Shown here: one piece after another, positions 1 through 8,486 of the stretch | Layout of the letters: every line of letters starts with the position of its first letter | Numbering within the stretch: the stretch's first letter is position 1 | Origin: Gammaproteobacteria bacterium | GTDB lineage: Bacteria; Pseudomonadota; Gammaproteobacteria; UBA9214 | NCBI GenBank assembly: GCA_020344335.1 | Contig: CP070821.1 | Span: 2,186,119 to 2,245,597 of the forward strand | Reading direction: 5' to 3' | Length of the DNA stretch: 59,479 nt | Translations under genes and position numbers: made by a program | The notes under the pieces: generated by a model | Told to the model about the DNA's origin: nothing | Database searches by the model: none | The model's input: the letters and a program-made list of their open reading frames with translations, nothing else

Positions 1-809
1 ATCTCGTTCATGCGTTGTTGCAGTTCCTCTACCGGGATATTCACGGCCCCGTCGATATGACCCTGTTCACCGACGAATTCTTCAGGGCTACGCACATCAA
101 GCACCAGCAAATCCCTTTCAGCATCGAGCCGCCGCCGAAATTCCTCCGTCTCCATCATCGGGCCACGACGCAGGGTGCCGATCAGGCGTGGCAGAAAGGC
201 CACCACCGCCAGCAGGGCAAGGGCCAGCAGGCCTTTCTGGATCATGCCCTCGCCACCGGCGACGGCCTCGCGGCCGGCATAACCCAGATAGGTGTAGGCA
301 AACGCGCCCGGCAACATGAAGATATAGGTCGCAATGATGTAGTGCAGCAGCCGCAGGCGCGTCAACCCCAAAGCATAGTTCAGCAGGTTGAACGGGAACA
401 GTGGCACCAGTCGTACGAATGCGACAAAGCGCCAGCCTTCACCCTCGACACCGTTGATAATCTGTTTCACGCGCCCCCCGGTCTTCTCCGCTACCCAGTC
501 GGATGCCAGGTAGCGTGCAATCAAAAAGGCCAGGGTGGCGCCCAGCGTGGCCCCGGTCAGGTTATAGAACGTGCCCAGCACCGGCCCGAACAATGCACCG
601 CCGGCCAGCGTGATGACCGAACCGGGAAGAAACAGGACCGCAGCCAGTGCGTAAATCAGCATGAACAACAGGGGTGCCACCGGCCCGGCGTCGCGGACCC
701 AGGCCTCGAGCGCTGCGCCGTCGAACTGGTCGCGGTAACTGATTGCCAGCGCGACCCCGGTGACGAGGCCAATAATCAATAAAACCCGTATAAGTTGGTT
801 ATTGTTCAC
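1..809 (-). CDS. TVP38/TMEM64 (DedA-related) membrane protein fused to a C-terminal rhodanese domain. The 3' end runs off the left edge of the window.
   Basis: I translated the minus strand by hand because the ORF track omits it (no stop codon in the window). It reads VNNNQLIRVLLIIGLVTGVALAISYRDQFDG...FLPGSVITLAGGALFGPVLG...FRLVPLFPFNLLNYALGLT..., then LLVLDVRSPEEFVGEQGHIDGAVNIP, which is rhodanese-like. The start is a GTG at 809; a TTG at 779 is an alternative. It overlaps the upstream gene's stop by 11 nt. Confidence 0.72.
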   Translation of the reverse strand, partial: MNNNQLIRVLLIIGLVTGVALAISYRDQFDGAALEAWVRDAGPVAPLLFMLIYALAAVLFLPGSVITLAGGALFGPVLGTFYNLTGATLGATLAFLIARYLASDWVAEKTGGRVKQIINGVEGEGWRFVAFVRLVPLFPFNLLNYALGLTRLRLLHYIIATYIFMLPGAFAYTYLGYAGREAVAGGEGMIQKGLLALALLAVVAFLPRLIGTLRRGPMMETEEFRRRLDAERDLLVLDVRSPEEFVGEQGHIDGAVNIPVEELQQRMNE

Positions 810-1662
810 TTGAATTCTTCCACTGGCGCCGGTTGATGGTGTAACCCTGTATCTTGCCGACAAAGGGTATCGCCAGCATGCCTGGCAACCAGCTGCACCA
901 TTTGTTCTCCCTGAAGGTGCGGATGCCGATGGTCATTCCTTCATGACCGGCACGCGGTTGGGCACGGTAGGTACCGAACAGCCGGTCCCACCACGGCAGG
1001 TTGAATCCGAAGTTGCTGTTGGTCTCATCGTCCTCGACGGAATGATGCACGCGGTGCATGTCCGGCGTGACCACGAACAGTCTCAGGAAACGGTCGATAT
1101 TCAGGGGAAGACGTACGTTGGCATGATTGAACATCGAGGTTGCATTCAGGACCACCTCGAAAATCACCACGGCGAGTAGCGGTGGCCCCAGCAACAGGAT
1201 CACGGCAAACTTGATCAGCATGGAAAGCAGGATTTCCAGGGTGTGAAAGCGTGCACCCGTGGTCACGTCGAAGTCCAGGTCCGCGTGATGCACACGATGC
1301 AGCCGCCAGAGCACCGGAACGGCATGGACCATGACATGCTGGAGCCAGATAAAGAAGTCCATGATCACTACCGAAGCGATGATCGCCAGCATGAACGGGG
1401 CTTCCACATGGTTGAACAGACCCCAGCCCTGCTCTCGGGCGAATACTGCGATGCCGACTGCAGCCGCCGGGAAGACGAGCCGCAATATCAAACTGTTGAA
1501 AATCACCAGGCCCAGGTTGTTGGCCCAGCGTATGGCCTTGGAGGTCTGCAGGCGCCTCCGCGGACTGATTATTTCCCACAATGCCATCACCCCGAAGATG
1601 CCGAAGAAAAACCCCAGTCGGATCGGCAGCTCGTTGCTCATGACAAATTCGCTGAAATCCAT
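799..1662 (-). CDS. Fatty acid hydroxylase / sterol desaturase family membrane protein
   Basis: The 287-aa product has several hydrophobic segments and histidine boxes (HVMVH, HRVHHADLD, HRVHH) typical of di-iron membrane hydroxylases/desaturases. Confidence 0.85.
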   Translation of the reverse strand: MDFSEFVMSNELPIRLGFFFGIFGVMALWEIISPRRRLQTSKAIRWANNLGLVIFNSLILRLVFPAAAVGIAVFAREQGWGLFNHVEAPFMLAIIASVVIMDFFIWLQHVMVHAVPVLWRLHRVHHADLDFDVTTGARFHTLEILLSMLIKFAVILLLGPPLLAVVIFEVVLNATSMFNHANVRLPLNIDRFLRLFVVTPDMHRVHHSVEDDETNSNFGFNLPWWDRLFGTYRAQPRAGHEGMTIGIRTFRENKWCSWLPGMLAIPFVGKIQGYTINRRQWKNSSEQ

Positions 1663-1821
1663 ACGGCGGCTCCTCTGTTGTGCCGCGACAGCCTTCCTGG
1701 CATTGGCTATATCGAAAATATTTTACAATTTCTCAATCAACTAGTTGAATTTCGGCACCGCGTGAACACAGTATATGCCGTCACACAGTTTTCCGTGTGT
1801 GTTATCCAGACACCTGTGGAC

Positions 1822-1859
1822 TGAAAAAAGTTTCAGGCATCCCAACATGGATAGGATGC
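1822..1859 (-). terminator. Weak candidate intrinsic terminator downstream of trx2
   Basis: On the minus strand a GCATCC...GGATGC stem is followed, after a short gap, by TTTTTT. Confidence 0.3.
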
Positions 1860-1879
1860 AATATCCCGGTTAACCTGCA

Positions 1880-2314
1880 TCAGGTATGCGCCCGGATCCA
1901 GCGGACGATATCCGCTGTGCCCATCGCACCGGCCTGCCGGGCCACTTCCTTTCCATGCCTGAAGATAATCATGGTCGGAATGCTGCGGATTCCGAGATTT
2001 GCGCTGATCGTCTGTTCAACCTCGGTGTTCAGTTTGGCAAGGCGTATATCAGGTGCAAGCTGCGCGGCCGCCTCCTCAAAGGCCGGTGCCATCATCTTGC
2101 ATGGCCCGCACCATGGTGCCCAGAAATCGACAACCACCGGAATATCGTTGCGCTGGATATGCTGCCGGAAACTGCCCGAGTTAAGTTCCACGGGGTGCCG
2201 GTCCAGTACCGGCTGGTGGCACTTTCCGCATTTCGGTTTTGCCGCCAGTTTGCCCTCAGGAATGCGGTTGACGGCCAGGCAGGCAGGGCAGACGATGTGC
2301 AGTGGATCCTTCAT
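1880..2314 (-). CDS. trxC: Thioredoxin 2 (zinc-finger thioredoxin, TrxC type)
   Basis: The internal start gives MKDPLHIVCPACLAVNRIPEGKLAAKPKCGKCHQ, an N-terminal CxxC...CxxC zinc finger, followed by the WCGPC active site. The longer ORF in the track (up to 2566) overlaps cbpM and is not credible. Confidence 0.9.
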   Translation of the reverse strand: MKDPLHIVCPACLAVNRIPEGKLAAKPKCGKCHQPVLDRHPVELNSGSFRQHIQRNDIPVVVDFWAPWCGPCKMMAPAFEEAAAQLAPDIRLAKLNTEVEQTISANLGIRSIPTMIIFRHGKEVARQAGAMGTADIVRWIRAHT

Positions 2315-2315
2315 G

Positions 2316-2633
2316 TCATGACTCCGCCATCCGGTCCAGCCGGGCACGCAACAGTCTGACTTCATCCAGCAGTTCCAGCGCCAGTGCGACGCCGGCAAGA
2401 TTGACACCCAGGTCCTGGTGCAGGCGTTTTGCCGTGCGTACCCGGTGCAGGCTGACACCGGTAAAACACCACTGTGAATTTTCGACGCCAGCCGGCTCGA
2501 GCACACCTTCATCGACCAGCTCGGCGATGAACCCGGCATGCACCGCACAGACATCGCAGAGTTCATGCAGTGTCATCACTACCTCATCTTCCAGGACAAT
2601 GCCGTTCAATATGCCGGTTTTCTGCTGCACCAT
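2316..2633 (-). CDS. cbpM: Chaperone modulatory protein CbpM (MerR-like)
   Basis: A 105-aa ORF starts 3 nt downstream of cbpA. The size and position match cbpAM operons. Its stop codon lies 1 nt before the trxC ATG. Confidence 0.8.
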   Translation of the reverse strand: MVQQKTGILNGIVLEDEVVMTLHELCDVCAVHAGFIAELVDEGVLEPAGVENSQWCFTGVSLHRVRTAKRLHQDLGVNLAGVALALELLDEVRLLRARLDRMAES

Positions 2634-2636
2634 ATC

Positions 2637-3608
2637 CTATACCCCCAGCCTGGTACGTGGATTGAAATCAAGTTCCTGCTGCATGTTTCGGTAGATTTCT
2701 TTCGCCTTGTCGGTAGCCGCCGGTGGTAGGGTAATCTGCAATACCACGTACAGATCTCCGGGCTTGTTGCCGGAGGAACCGGCTGGCAATCCGCGGCCTT
2801 TCAGGCGCAGCTTGCTGCCGTTTGCCAATCCCGGTTTTATCTTCATATCGACAGTCCCTGCCGGTGTTGGCACCTTGATTGCTGCACCCAGTGCCGCCTC
2901 CCAGGGTGTGACCGGCACATCCAGGTACACATCCCGCCCGTCGACACGATAGATGCTGTGCGGGTTAAACTCGATTTCCAGGTACAGATCACCCGGCTTG
3001 CCTTTGCCAAGACCGGGACTGCCCTGCCCGGCGAGCCGGATGTGCTGGCCCTGCTTGACTCCCTTCGGGATGCGGACATTGAGAACACGTTCCCGGGTCG
3101 TGACATGACCCCGGGCATCCACCTCGGGTACCTGCAGCTTGATCGAGCGGGTTACCCCATGCATGGCATCTTCCAGATCAATCAGCACCCGGGCATGATG
3201 ATCACCGCCGCGTGCATGCAAGCTGCCCCGGGGTCCCGGACCACTGTAGCCTCCCTGTCCACCCGCGCGGAACTGCCCGAACAGCGACTCGAAGAAATCA
3301 CTGTAGGCGCCCGCATCACTATCGAAACCGCCGCCACTGAATTCGAAGCCGGCATCCCAGCCAGGCGGTGCATTGAATTCCTGCCCGGCCTTCCAGTTGG
3401 CACCAAGCTGATCGTAGGCCGCCCGCTTTTCCGGATCCTTCAGGACCTCATAGGCTTCACCCACTTCCTTGAAACGGGCTTCGGCGTCTGCCGCCTTGCT
3501 GACATCCGGGTGATATTTACGCGCCAGCTTTCGATAGGCGCGTTTTATCTCGTCCTGAGTGGCATCGCGCTCGACACCCATCACCTTGTAATAATCCTTG
3601 TATTCCAT
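2637..3608 (-). CDS. cbpA: Curved-DNA-binding DnaJ-like co-chaperone CbpA
   Basis: The J-domain reads MEYKDYYKVMGV...YRKLARKYHPDVSK. A G-rich linker and DnaJ C-terminal domains follow, with no zinc-finger region. Confidence 0.9.
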   Translation of the reverse strand: MEYKDYYKVMGVERDATQDEIKRAYRKLARKYHPDVSKAADAEARFKEVGEAYEVLKDPEKRAAYDQLGANWKAGQEFNAPPGWDAGFEFSGGGFDSDAGAYSDFFESLFGQFRAGGQGGYSGPGPRGSLHARGGDHHARVLIDLEDAMHGVTRSIKLQVPEVDARGHVTTRERVLNVRIPKGVKQGQHIRLAGQGSPGLGKGKPGDLYLEIEFNPHSIYRVDGRDVYLDVPVTPWEAALGAAIKVPTPAGTVDMKIKPGLANGSKLRLKGRGLPAGSSGNKPGDLYVVLQITLPPAATDKAKEIYRNMQQELDFNPRTRLGV

Positions 3609-3898
3609 GCGCCTCCTCTACCAACAGAACCATCGCCATGCTGACTTATATAAGTTATATGGAGTGCCGGATACGTTTTTTCAATGCCGGCAAATCCTGT
3701 GCACGTGGACCTGCTGATGGTAACTGCGACTGCGTAATATACAGCTGGCGTCTTCGGTTGTTGGGTAGCTTTCCTGTTACAAAACGCTTCAGAAAAGACA
3801 TCGTCTTGAAACAGGCGATAGTGAATTCACCCTCAAGGTATCAGGAAGTACCTTGCTAAACCCGTAATCCATGCCAGCAGGGAGAAGGACAATACCCG

Positions 3899-4052
3899 CG
3901 TCCCTGCATGCGCATCGCTCCTGCGCATGGCCCAGGCCAGCCTCTCGACCGGTTCCCGGTCTCACCTTCTCCTTGCGCCCACGATGTACCTACGTCCCTG
4001 CATGCACATCGCTCCTGCGCATCCTTGCGCCCACGATGTACCTACGTCCCTG
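3899..4052. repeat. REP/BIME-like cluster of imperfect palindromic repeats
   Basis: Unit A, CGTCCCTGCATGC(G/A)CATCGCTCCTGCGCAT, occurs at 3899-3928 and 3993-4022. Unit B, CCTTGCGCCCACGATGTACCTACGTCCCTG, occurs at 3971-4000 and 4023-4052. This amounts to a 52-bp unit repeated about 1.6 times plus an upstream partial copy. Unit A folds as CATGCGCA...TGCGCATG. Confidence 0.7.
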
Positions 4053-4057
4053 TAGGC

Positions 4058-4084
4058 AAAAAAGCCCCGGGGTTGTCCCGGGGC
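4058..4084 (-). terminator. Rho-independent terminator of the multi-haem lipoprotein gene
   Basis: The minus strand reads AGCCCCGG-GACAACC-CCGGGGCT followed by TTTTTT, about 20 nt after the stop codon. Confidence 0.85.
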
Positions 4085-4101
4085 TTGTGGTCACCGTCCT
4101 G

Positions 4102-6426
4102 CTAGGGCTGTATTGACGGATCGTCGAGGAATGCCTGGAGATCCAGGATCTCCTGGTCAGTGAGGAGGATGCCGTTCATCAGGGGATTGAGCGTGCCCAG
4201 GTCATTGACCAGCAGCGATCCCGTTCCCGCGATATCGCCCGCAAATCCACCATCGTTGTCGTGGATGCCTGCGTCATGGCAACCTGAACAATCCGCATCA
4301 TACTTCACCATCCCGGCGTCAAAACTGCCGCCGCCGGTCGAGACCGTCACGGTAACCTCCGCCGTGTCTTCAGCAAGGCCATCATTGACTGTCAGGGACA
4401 CCAGGTAGCTTCCTTCCACGTCCGCGGTGAATGTCGGGCTGACGGCAGCAGGATCGGAGAGCGTCGCCATGCTGCCCGCCGGTACTGTCAGGGTCCAGCT
4501 GTAACTCAACGGCGACGGACCGTTGTCGGGATCCGAACTGCCGCTCCCGTCGAGGGTCACCAGTGTATCCGGGGCGACGCTGGTATCCGGATCAACCGTG
4601 ATGGCCGCCACCGGCGGCTGATTGCCGCCCCCCTGGACAACCTGGACCTGGCCGCGGATTTCGCCTAATGGGTTGGCTGCGGTGTGGACATTCACATAGA
4701 CATTCCCGGCGAGCAGGGCCTCGGTCAGCTCCGGGGTCAAGGGTTCATCATCGGTACTCGTCCAGATACCGCTGGCTTGCCCGTCAATGAAATTGATGGT
4801 GCGAACCACATCGCCGTTGACCCCGACACGGGCATTATGGAAATGCGCCGCAGTGATGGGACCGGACAGATTGGCGGTGTCAACCGTGATGAGATATTCC
4901 AGACCGGATTCGGTGAGCGTGTAGGTACCGCTGCCCCGTGCCGTGATGCCTGCAACGGGCGGTACCACCTGAGCGGCAGAGAGCTCCGTGAAGGGAACCG
5001 CCTGCAGGTAGGCCACGAGGTTCGCCACATCCGCAGCCGTGGGATTACCCATGGCGGCCCGGCTCATAATCGTGTCCGGAATGCCCCAGTGCACCTTGTG
5101 CATGAATTCGCTGAACTTGCCATCCTGATTTAGGTAGGCAATCAGACCACCGACATCCGGTATACCATCATTACTGGGATCGCCATGGCATCCCTGGCAT
5201 GTGCCCGCATAGTAAGTTTCCCCGGCCGGTGCATCCGCCGTGGCCACGGGGGTATAGATGGCCGGTTGTCCATCGGCCGGTACCGTCTCGATGGCGGAAT
5301 ATACCTGGTCGGCCCGCGCCTCGGGGGCATTGAGAAACGCTGTCAGACAACTGAGCTGCTGTGCTGTCGGTCCCTCCGTATTGGCCGGTCCCAGGTCCGG
5401 ATGACGGTTCCCAAGAACCGCACCGTCTCCCCAGTCCGGATCGACCATGTCGAATACCGCCGAGCCTTCGGCCCACGTACGCCCCCCCGCGGGAATCTCG
5501 ATGGCACTGCCGCTGCCAAAGGTAGCATCGGTGCTGATATTGCGGCTGCGGGTACAGGTGTCGGGATCTGCTGCCGGTAGATCACAGTTGTTGGGGTCCT
5601 GGTAACCGGCATTGGCCCGTCCCGCAGTGCGACTGCGGAAGACGTAACCCCCATCGGTACCTTGCTGGTCCCAGCCATGGCAGGCCTTGCAGCGGGTGTA
5701 ATCGGCATCGGTCTCGCTCGTTGGCAGGAGGCCGCTGCCGCCGGCACCGGTTTTGTGCCAGGAGTCCCAGGCCAGACCACCGAGGACGATGCAGTCCAGA
5801 TAAGCCGCCTGGCCGTCCTCGAGGTCGGCGGTAGTAAAGTCAGTGACATCGAATGCCGGATCGGCACCGGCCTCAAAGGCGGGAGCCGCTGCCGCGAGTA
5901 TGCTGGTAAATTCTGCCGAGCGCTCGGCGGCCGGTAGCGGTTCGGCTACTGAACCGGCCGGCAAGCCAAATGTCTGCTCTACCATGCCAAGGGCTTCCTC
6001 AAAGTCCGCGGCATCTCCGGATGCGACTAGGCCAACGGCAGCGCTGGTGAGTTCATTGGCTGCTACCTCGCCACCGGGAACTATATAGGTATAGACCGTA
6101 TAGCTGCTCTGCCTGCCTGTCACGGTAGCCATGCCGGTGATCCGTACGTACCCGCCCTCGCTATCCGCCCTGATATTTGACGTAATCGTCTCTGTCTCGG
6201 GGTCGTATGTATACTTGAGCACGGAATCGTAGGGGCCGCCGGGGTCAGAGCTGACCGCGACCTCATCGATGCTGTCAAAGGCCGGGTTGATCGCCGGAAG
6301 GATGTTAGAGGGAAACTGGACGACGCCGCCGCTGTTGTTGTTGCTGTCAAGGCAAGCGGTCAGCACCAGCAAGGGCGCCAATATCATCACCAGCGCCCGG
6401 CTGAGCAATCTCGAAGTGTGTTTCAT
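4102..6426 (-). CDS. Large lipoprotein with three c-type haem-binding motifs, a CHRD-like module and a PKD-like module
   Basis: The start is at the internal MKHTSRLLSRALVMILAPLLVLTAC (lipobox LTAC), preceded by a GGAGG Shine-Dalgarno sequence. The haem motifs are CKACH, CQGCH and CSGCH. The CHRD-like stretch reads AAHFHNARVGVNGDVV...NVYVNVHTAANPLGEIRGQV. The PKD-like stretch reads LDGSGSSDPDNGPSPLSYSWTL...VSLTVNDG. Confidence 0.85.
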   Translation of the reverse strand: MKHTSRLLSRALVMILAPLLVLTACLDSNNNSGGVVQFPSNILPAINPAFDSIDEVAVSSDPGGPYDSVLKYTYDPETETITSNIRADSEGGYVRITGMATVTGRQSSYTVYTYIVPGGEVAANELTSAAVGLVASGDAADFEEALGMVEQTFGLPAGSVAEPLPAAERSAEFTSILAAAAPAFEAGADPAFDVTDFTTADLEDGQAAYLDCIVLGGLAWDSWHKTGAGGSGLLPTSETDADYTRCKACHGWDQQGTDGGYVFRSRTAGRANAGYQDPNNCDLPAADPDTCTRSRNISTDATFGSGSAIEIPAGGRTWAEGSAVFDMVDPDWGDGAVLGNRHPDLGPANTEGPTAQQLSCLTAFLNAPEARADQVYSAIETVPADGQPAIYTPVATADAPAGETYYAGTCQGCHGDPSNDGIPDVGGLIAYLNQDGKFSEFMHKVHWGIPDTIMSRAAMGNPTAADVANLVAYLQAVPFTELSAAQVVPPVAGITARGSGTYTLTESGLEYLITVDTANLSGPITAAHFHNARVGVNGDVVRTINFIDGQASGIWTSTDDEPLTPELTEALLAGNVYVNVHTAANPLGEIRGQVQVVQGGGNQPPVAAITVDPDTSVAPDTLVTLDGSGSSDPDNGPSPLSYSWTLTVPAGSMATLSDPAAVSPTFTADVEGSYLVSLTVNDGLAEDTAEVTVTVSTGGGSFDAGMVKYDADCSGCHDAGIHDNDGGFAGDIAGTGSLLVNDLGTLNPLMNGILLTDQEILDLQAFLDDPSIQP

Positions 6427-6584
6427 TTTCCCTGTTCCTCCATCGATATTGTTATCCGTGCCAGGCAATTGCCAGCTTGTCGCCTGACACATACCCCTGT
6501 GCCAGTTCATAATACACCCTAATCCCAGAGGTTAAATTTTCTTCTGCTGACCGTAAACTGCATTTGCCCGTTGTGAATTAATCT

Positions 6585-6603
6585 AGATCAAAAAATTTGA
6601 TCT
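6585..6603. promoter_or_regulatory. Palindrome AGATCAAA-AAA-TTTGATCT in the leader/promoter region of the lipoprotein gene; a candidate operator
   Basis: It is an 8-bp perfect inverted repeat with a 3-bp spacer, located in an AT-rich stretch about 160 nt upstream of the 6426 start. Confidence 0.25.
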
Positions 6604-6923
6604 TTTCGTGCCTGCCAAGACAATAACAGGGTCGGTAATATATGAGTGCATTGAGCATCTTCTGTTTAATCCAGCAGACAGGGGACAGGCTATCATTTAC
6701 CAAGAATCAATGGGTATTTACCGTGCCCTGTCTCCTGTTCTCGCACCGTCTGTTATCGCAGCCACACCCAGCGGTACGAGCTGCCGCACAACGCAAGATC
6801 ACCAGGTTCTTTAGGCAATACCGGCTTTATCTTTATGTCGATTGCATTGTCGGGTAATCGGCAGCCTGCTGATTGCGCGGACCAAACAGGATCTTAACGA
6901 CTGGAAAGATTTCATTTTGGAGT

Positions 6924-8486
6924 TCATGCAATCACATCGAAACGCGCCATCATGGCATGGTCTTCATGTTCGAGCACATGGCAGTGAAACACATACCTCC
7001 CTGCATAGTCGGAAAATTGCATAATGATCCGGGCGCTGCCCATCGCCGGGACATTCACCGTATCTTTCCAGCCGGCGTGGGTCGCAGGAGGAGGAGTGCC
7101 GTTGATCTCCAGGACCTGGAACATGGTTTGGTGTATGTGGACGGGATGATCCATCATCGACCTGTTCTGGAATTCCCAGATCTCGACCGTATCCAGTTTC
7201 GGGTCCGCGTCAATACGGTCCGGGTCGAAGGGATTCCCGTTAATCGTCCAGAGGCCGCCCATCATTCCAGGCATCCCCATCATGCCCCCGGAAAGCGTGA
7301 AGCTACGTGTTCGAACGGCATCGCTCACGAGCAGTTTCTCGATAGGTCGCAGAACGGAGGGAACAAGGCTGTCATCCGCTTCCATCCTGTCCACATCGAA
7401 TCGCAGGATATCCAAAGTGTCTCCCGATCCCAGAAGATTTCTGAGCACCAGGCTTTCGCCCACGGGAACCGATGAAAAGTCGATCACAATATCCGCCCGT
7501 TCGGCCGGCGTGAGCGTTATCGAGGATACCGTGACCGGGGAAGGCAGCAGTCCGCCCTCCATTCCGAGTACCTGGAAGGGGGCCCCGTTGCTCAGAGCGA
7601 TCCGGTACGACCGCATGTTCGACCCGTTGAGCATCCGGAACCTGTATTTTCGGGTGGCGACGCGCAAATAGGGATCTACTGTGCCATTGACGAGGAGCGT
7701 GTCCCCGACTTCACCATTCCGATTGCCGGTATAAACAAGATTTCCGTCTGTATCGAAATTACGGTCCTGGATCACCAGCGGAACCTCGTATGCGCCGGCT
7801 GGCAGGCCGAGGCCCTCCTCGTAGTCATCGGTTATTAAATAGAACCCGGCCATTCCGAACCACACATGGGGCCCAGTAAAGTCCATCAGGTGATCGTGGT
7901 ACCAGAGTGTGGAAGGGAGCTGATTATTGGGGTAGGTATATGTGTGACTCGTACCCGGTTGAACACTGTCCGTCGGGAAGCCGTCCTCGGATGCCGGTAC
8001 GTGTCCGCCATGAAGGTGGATGACCACCTCTCCCGGAGTATTCCCCAGGGTTGTCTGTGGCAGATCGTTCAACAGGTTCACCGTGACCGTGCGACCTGCC
8101 CGCGCCCGTATGGTGGGTCCGGGCATCATGCCGTCGAATCCGTGTATGCGTGTCAACTTGCCCGGGAGGATCTCGATCTCCGACTCGTGGATGGAAAGGA
8201 CATAGGAATCTTCGGTTGCCGTTGCGGAGACGGGATTGAGAACCGGAGGTATATGCAGTGGCGTACCCACTGGATTGACGCCGCCCGGAGCGGCTGCAGC
8301 ACCATCGCTGCTTCCTCCGCCTCCTCCGCATCCGCCAAGCATCTGCGCAGCGCCTATGACCAGGCCGGGGCGCAACGGGGCGACTGCCACCGCTGCCATG
8401 GCCTTTAACACCTGTCTTCGTGTCGTGCTCAACTGCCTGTCCCCACTACCTTGCGATGCATCATTCCCGGTAAGGGGGCTCAGCAT
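6924..8486 (-). CDS. Tat-exported three-domain multicopper oxidase (CueO/CotA/bilirubin-oxidase-like)
   Basis: The twin-arginine signal reads STTRRQVLKAMAAVAVAP. The copper ligand motifs are HLHGGH, WYHDH, HPVHIH and HCHVLEHEDHAMM. Confidence 0.92.
   Translation of the reverse strand: MLSPLTGNDASQGSGDRQLSTTRRQVLKAMAAVAVAPLRPGLVIGAAQMLGGCGGGGGSSDGAAAAPGGVNPVGTPLHIPPVLNPVSATATEDSYVLSIHESEIEILPGKLTRIHGFDGMMPGPTIRARAGRTVTVNLLNDLPQTTLGNTPGEVVIHLHGGHVPASEDGFPTDSVQPGTSHTYTYPNNQLPSTLWYHDHLMDFTGPHVWFGMAGFYLITDDYEEGLGLPAGAYEVPLVIQDRNFDTDGNLVYTGNRNGEVGDTLLVNGTVDPYLRVATRKYRFRMLNGSNMRSYRIALSNGAPFQVLGMEGGLLPSPVTVSSITLTPAERADIVIDFSSVPVGESLVLRNLLGSGDTLDILRFDVDRMEADDSLVPSVLRPIEKLLVSDAVRTRSFTLSGGMMGMPGMMGGLWTINGNPFDPDRIDADPKLDTVEIWEFQNRSMMDHPVHIHQTMFQVLEINGTPPPATHAGWKDTVNVPAMGSARIIMQFSDYAGRYVFHCHVLEHEDHAMMARFDVIA

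Noticed and set aside
2315-2566. An N-terminal extension of the thioredoxin ORF gives a 228-aa version.
   Set aside because: The extension overlaps cbpM in another frame and has no thioredoxin-like sequence. A canonical Trx2 starts at the internal Met (2314).
3638-3859. A 73-aa plus-strand ORF lies in the cbpA upstream region.
   Set aside because: It has low coding character, is Cys/Arg-rich and has no ribosome-binding site. It sits where the cbpA promoter and leader must be.
3899-4052. I asked whether the tandem repeats could be a CRISPR array.
   Set aside because: Only about two copies are present. The units abut or overlap without spacers, are internally palindromic like REP elements, and have no cas genes nearby.
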